DNA of 64,000 nucleotides from Mobula hypostoma (taxonomy: Eukaryota): assembly GCF_963921235.1 (NCBI RefSeq), contig NC_086097.1, forward strand, positions 159,156,001-159,220,000, read 5' to 3'. Within the stretch, counting starts at the first letter, position 1. Every line of letters starts with the position of its first letter. The notes beneath the pieces are model-generated. The model had not been told where the DNA came from. It saw only the letters and a list, made by a program, of their open reading frames with translations, and did no database searches. Position numbers and translations under genes: made by a program. This document shows, in pieces, positions 60,591 to 64,000 of the stretch.

Positions 60591-61259
60591 GGAGGAGGAG
60601 GAGAAGATGGCGACGTGACACAGCGCGCAGCGGCCACTCCGGTGAATGATATCTGTTATTTGTCAAGTAGGGTGCCGTGCACAATCCTGATTTGATGGAG
60701 ACAGACGTGAGAGCATGAAGGAACATCTGGAGAAACTTCTGAAATGCCTGCTTCGCTGCTGCTGCTACTGTGTGATCCAGAATCTCCGGAGGAGAAGGCC
60801 CCGAGTCCTCGCCTTTGCTTGCTCCTCAGCAGCCGGGGCGGGATCGAAGTGTTCAGCAGAGGATGGTGCTCGGGAGGCTGTATCGGAGGGGCTGGTCAGA
60901 GGCACGAAGTTTTCAGACAGACTCGGAGTCAGCTGTAGTCGGGTGCTTTCAATGCATCGGCAGTTGTTGGCGCCTGGAGGTTATGGCAGGGAGAGTTTCT
61001 CCCTTTTGCTGCCTGCTATCGGGACTATCGGGAGTCGATCAGAATTTGAGACTTTTTTTTTACCGTGCCCATGCTCTGCTCTTTGTCAAATTATGGTATT
61101 GCTTTACACTGCTGTAACTATATGTTATAATTATGTGGTCTTGCCAGTGTTAGTCTTTGGTTTGTCCTGTGTTTTTTGTGATATCACTCTGCATGCATTT
61201 CTAAATGACAATGAATGAGGACTGAGAGTCCTCATAATCTAATCTAATCTAATCTAATC
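60591..61259 (+). mobile_element. Non-coding non-autonomous retroelement (AAGATGGCG head, (AATCT)n tail)
   Basis: Same family as 4590-5218; ends ataatctaatctaatctaatctaatc. Confidence 0.8.
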
Positions 61260-62083
61260 ATCGACTCCTCTCTCTGTAACCATCTTCATCACAAAGAGAC
61301 AAAGGAAATTAAAGGACTTTGTCGAACGCACAGTGAGTCTTGTGGATAACCATTCATTGGAATTAAATGATACAGTGTATACAATATTGTGCTATGTGAC
61401 CCAGCTTCTTGATAAAATGAATTCATTCAGTCTTAGGCTGTCAGAGTGCACTTTAATTGAAAAATAATGTTTTTTCATACATCCATTAGGTCAGTAATGA
61501 GGGCAGTAAATTGAAAAGTGAACATACTAGAAATACTGAACAAGTTAGACTGCATTTGTAGAGAAAAAATGTATGTTATTTGTTTTTGTTTATTTCAATT
61601 TTGTTTTTGAAAGAAAATGCAAAATATCACCTGAAATGTATATCTTACTAATTAATATTGACTTAAAAGATTTAATGGTTGATGGAACACACATCAAAGT
61701 TGCTGGTGAATGCAGCAGGCCAGGCAGCATCTCTAGGAAGAGGTACAGTTGACGTTTTGGGCCGAGACCTTTTGTCAGCACTAACTGAAGGAAGAGTTGA
61801 TAAGAGATTAGAAAGCGGGAGAGGGAGGGGGAGATCCAAAATGATAGGAGAAGACAGGAGGGGGAGGGATGGAGCCAAGAGCTGGACAGGTGATTGGCAA
61901 AAGGGATACGAGAGGATCATGGGACAGGAGGCCCAGGGAGAAGGAAAGGGGGGAGGGAGGGAAAACCCAGAGGATGGGCAAGGGGTATAGTCAGAGGGAC
62001 AGAGGGAGAAAAAGGAGCGAGAGAGAAAGAATGTGTGTATATATAAATAAATAACGGATGGGGTACGAGGGGGAGGTGGGGCA

Positions 62084-62510
62084 TTAGCAGAAGTTAGAGA
62101 AGTCAATGTTCATGCCATCAGGTTGGAGGCTACCCAGACGGAATATAAGGTGTTGTTCCTCCAACCTGAGTGTGGCTTCATCTTTACAGTAGAGGAGGCC
62201 GTGGATAGACATGTCAGAATGGGAATGGGATGTGGAATTAAAATGTGTGGTCACTGGGAGATCCTGCTTTCTCTGGCGGACAGAGCGTAGGTGTTCAGCA
62301 AAACGATCTCCCAGTCTGCGTCGGGTCTCGCCAATATATAGAAGACCACATCGGGAGCACCGGACGCGGTATATCACCCCAGCCGACTCACAGGTGAAGT
62401 GTCGCCTCACCTGGAAGGACTGTCTGGGGCCCTGAATGGTGGTAAGGGAGGAAGTGTAAGGGCATGTGTAGCACTTGTTTCGCTTACAAGGATAAGTGCC
62501 AGGAGAGAGA
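62084..62510 (-). CDS. PLE GIY-YIG endonuclease domain
   Basis: 'GTYPCKRNKCYTCPY...VIYRVRCSRCGLLYIGETRRRLGDRFAEH..HF..EEQHLIFRLGSLQPDGMN'. Confidence 0.9.
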
Positions 62511-63020
62511 TCACACCTCGCACTTCCCATTTCTACCTCCTACCCAAGATCCACAAACCTGCCTGTCCTGGCAGACCTATTGTCTCAGCTTGCTCCTGCC
62601 CCACCGAACTTGTTTCTGCATACCTCGACATGGTTTTGTCCCCCCTTGTTCAATCCCTTCCTACCTATGTTCGTGACACTTCTCACGCTCTTAAACTTTT
62701 CGATGATTCTAAGTTCCCTGGCCCCCACCACTTTATTTTCACCATGGATGTCCAGTCCCTATATACTTCCATCCCCCATCAGGAAGGTCTCAAAGCTCTC
62801 CACAACTTTTTGGATTCCAGACCTAATCAGTTCCCCTCTACCTCCACTCTGCTCCGTCTAGTGGAATTAGTCCTTACTCTTAATAATTTCTCCTTTGGCT
62901 CCTCCCACTTCCAGCAAACTAAAGGTGTAGCTATGGGCACCCATGTGGGTCCTAGCTATGCCTGCCTTTTTGTTGGCTTTGTGGAACGATCTATGTTCCA
63001 AACCTATTCTGGTATCGGTC
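62511..63020 (+). pseudogene. Inverted PLE RT fragment
   Basis: 'PRTSHFYLLPKIHKP..PGRPIVS..MDVQSLYTSIP..GVAMG' (62399-63127 ORF). Confidence 0.9.
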
Positions 63021-63029
63021 TCCCACATT

Positions 63030-64000
63030 TCCCCCACCTGGAGGCTGGTGGGGTGGTAGGTGAGGACCAGGGGAACCCTATTCCTAGTGGGATGACGGGA
63101 GGATGGAGTGAGAGCAGATGTGCGTGAAATGGGGGAGATGCGTTTAAGAGCAGAGTTGATGGTGGAGGAAGGGAAACCCCTTTCTTTAAAAAAGGAGGAC
63201 ATCTCCTCCTCGTCCTGGAATGAAAAGCCTCATCCTGAGAGCAGATGCGGCGGAAACGGAGGAATTGCGAGAAGGGGATGGCATTTTTGCAAGAGACAGG
63301 GTGAGAAGAGGAATAGTCCAGATAGCTGTGAGAGTCAGTAGGCTTATAGTAGACATCAGTAGATAAGCTGTCTCCAGAGGTAGAGACAGAAAGAACTAGA
63401 AAGGGGAGGGAGGTGTTGGAAATGGACCAGGTAAACTTGAGGGCAGGGTGAAAGTTGGAGGCAAAGTCAATGAAGTCAACGAGCTCAGCATGCGTGCAGG
63501 AAGCAGCGCCAATGCAGTCGTCGATGTAGCGAAGGAAAAGTGGGGGACAGATACCAGAATAGGCACGGAACATAGATTGTTCCACAAACCCAACAAAAAG
63601 GCAGGCATAGTTAGGACCCATACGGGTGCCCATAGCTACACCTTTAGTTTGGAGGAAGTGGGAGGAGCCAAAGGAGAAATTATTAAGAGTAAGGACTAAT
63701 TCCACTAGACGGAGCAGAGTGGTGGTAGAGGGGAACTGATTAGGTCTGGAATCCAAAAAGAAGCGTAGAGCTTTGAGACCTTCCTGATGGGGGATGGAAG
63801 TATATAGGGACTGGACATCCATGGTGAAAATAAGGCGGTGGGGGCCAGGGAACTTAAAATCATCGAAAAGCTTAAGAGCGTGAGAAGAGTCACGAACATA
63901 GGTAGGAAGGGATTGAACAAGGGGGGATAAAACCGTGTCGAGGTATTCAGAAACGAGTTCGGTGGGGCAGGAGCAAGCTGAGACAATAGGTTGGCCAGGA
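63030..64000 (-). pseudogene. PLE reverse transcriptase (core motifs present, frameshift near the C-terminus)
   Basis: 'MDVQSLYTSIP', 'GVAMGTRMGP', 'FLRYIDD', 'YYKPTDSHSYL'; then 'FFKERGFP..RVPLVLTYHP' in another frame. Confidence 0.92.

Larger units (their letters stand above)
61686..64000 (-). mobile_element. Penelope-like element (Neptune-type), rearranged, runs off the window end
   Basis: pLTR ~61686-62083; GIY-YIG ORF 62084-62530 with upstream 'CKRNKCYTC'; RT ORF 63004-63822; an inverted RT piece at ~62511-63020. Confidence 0.93.

Overview
This is eukaryotic, almost certainly vertebrate, DNA made up largely of nested transposable-element debris. The repeat mix (CR1/HER1-type LINEs, V-SINE/HE1-like SINEs, Rex/Babar LINEs, Neptune-type Penelope elements) suggests a cartilaginous fish (shark or ray); that is an inference. 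No host protein-coding gene could be supported, and most ORFs in the track are TE fragments or antisense noise. Best-resolved elements: (1) a structurally complete 4.45-kb Gypsy LTR retrotransposon (15699-20151, minus strand, GGTTG TSD), nested in a CR1 that is nested in a Rex/Babar LINE; (2) a decayed Sushi-like chromoviral Gypsy (~4090-7500); (3) several Penelope-like elements and fold-back mini-derivatives with 13-14 bp TSDs and minimal hammerhead ribozyme motifs; (4) an internally deleted Helitron with both ends recognisable (44404-46001); (5) a Charlie-type hAT fragment; (6) a 1-kb solo LTR. Most notable observations: the Gypsy has no tRNA primer-binding site but a 15-nt segment complementary to its own LTR (candidate self-priming) and a YLDN RT motif; there are tiny non-coding hammerhead hairpin elements with their own TSDs; and a 30-nt U2 snRNA fragment is inserted with a 14-bp TSD inside a SINE. 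Boundaries of decayed LINE fragments are approximate.
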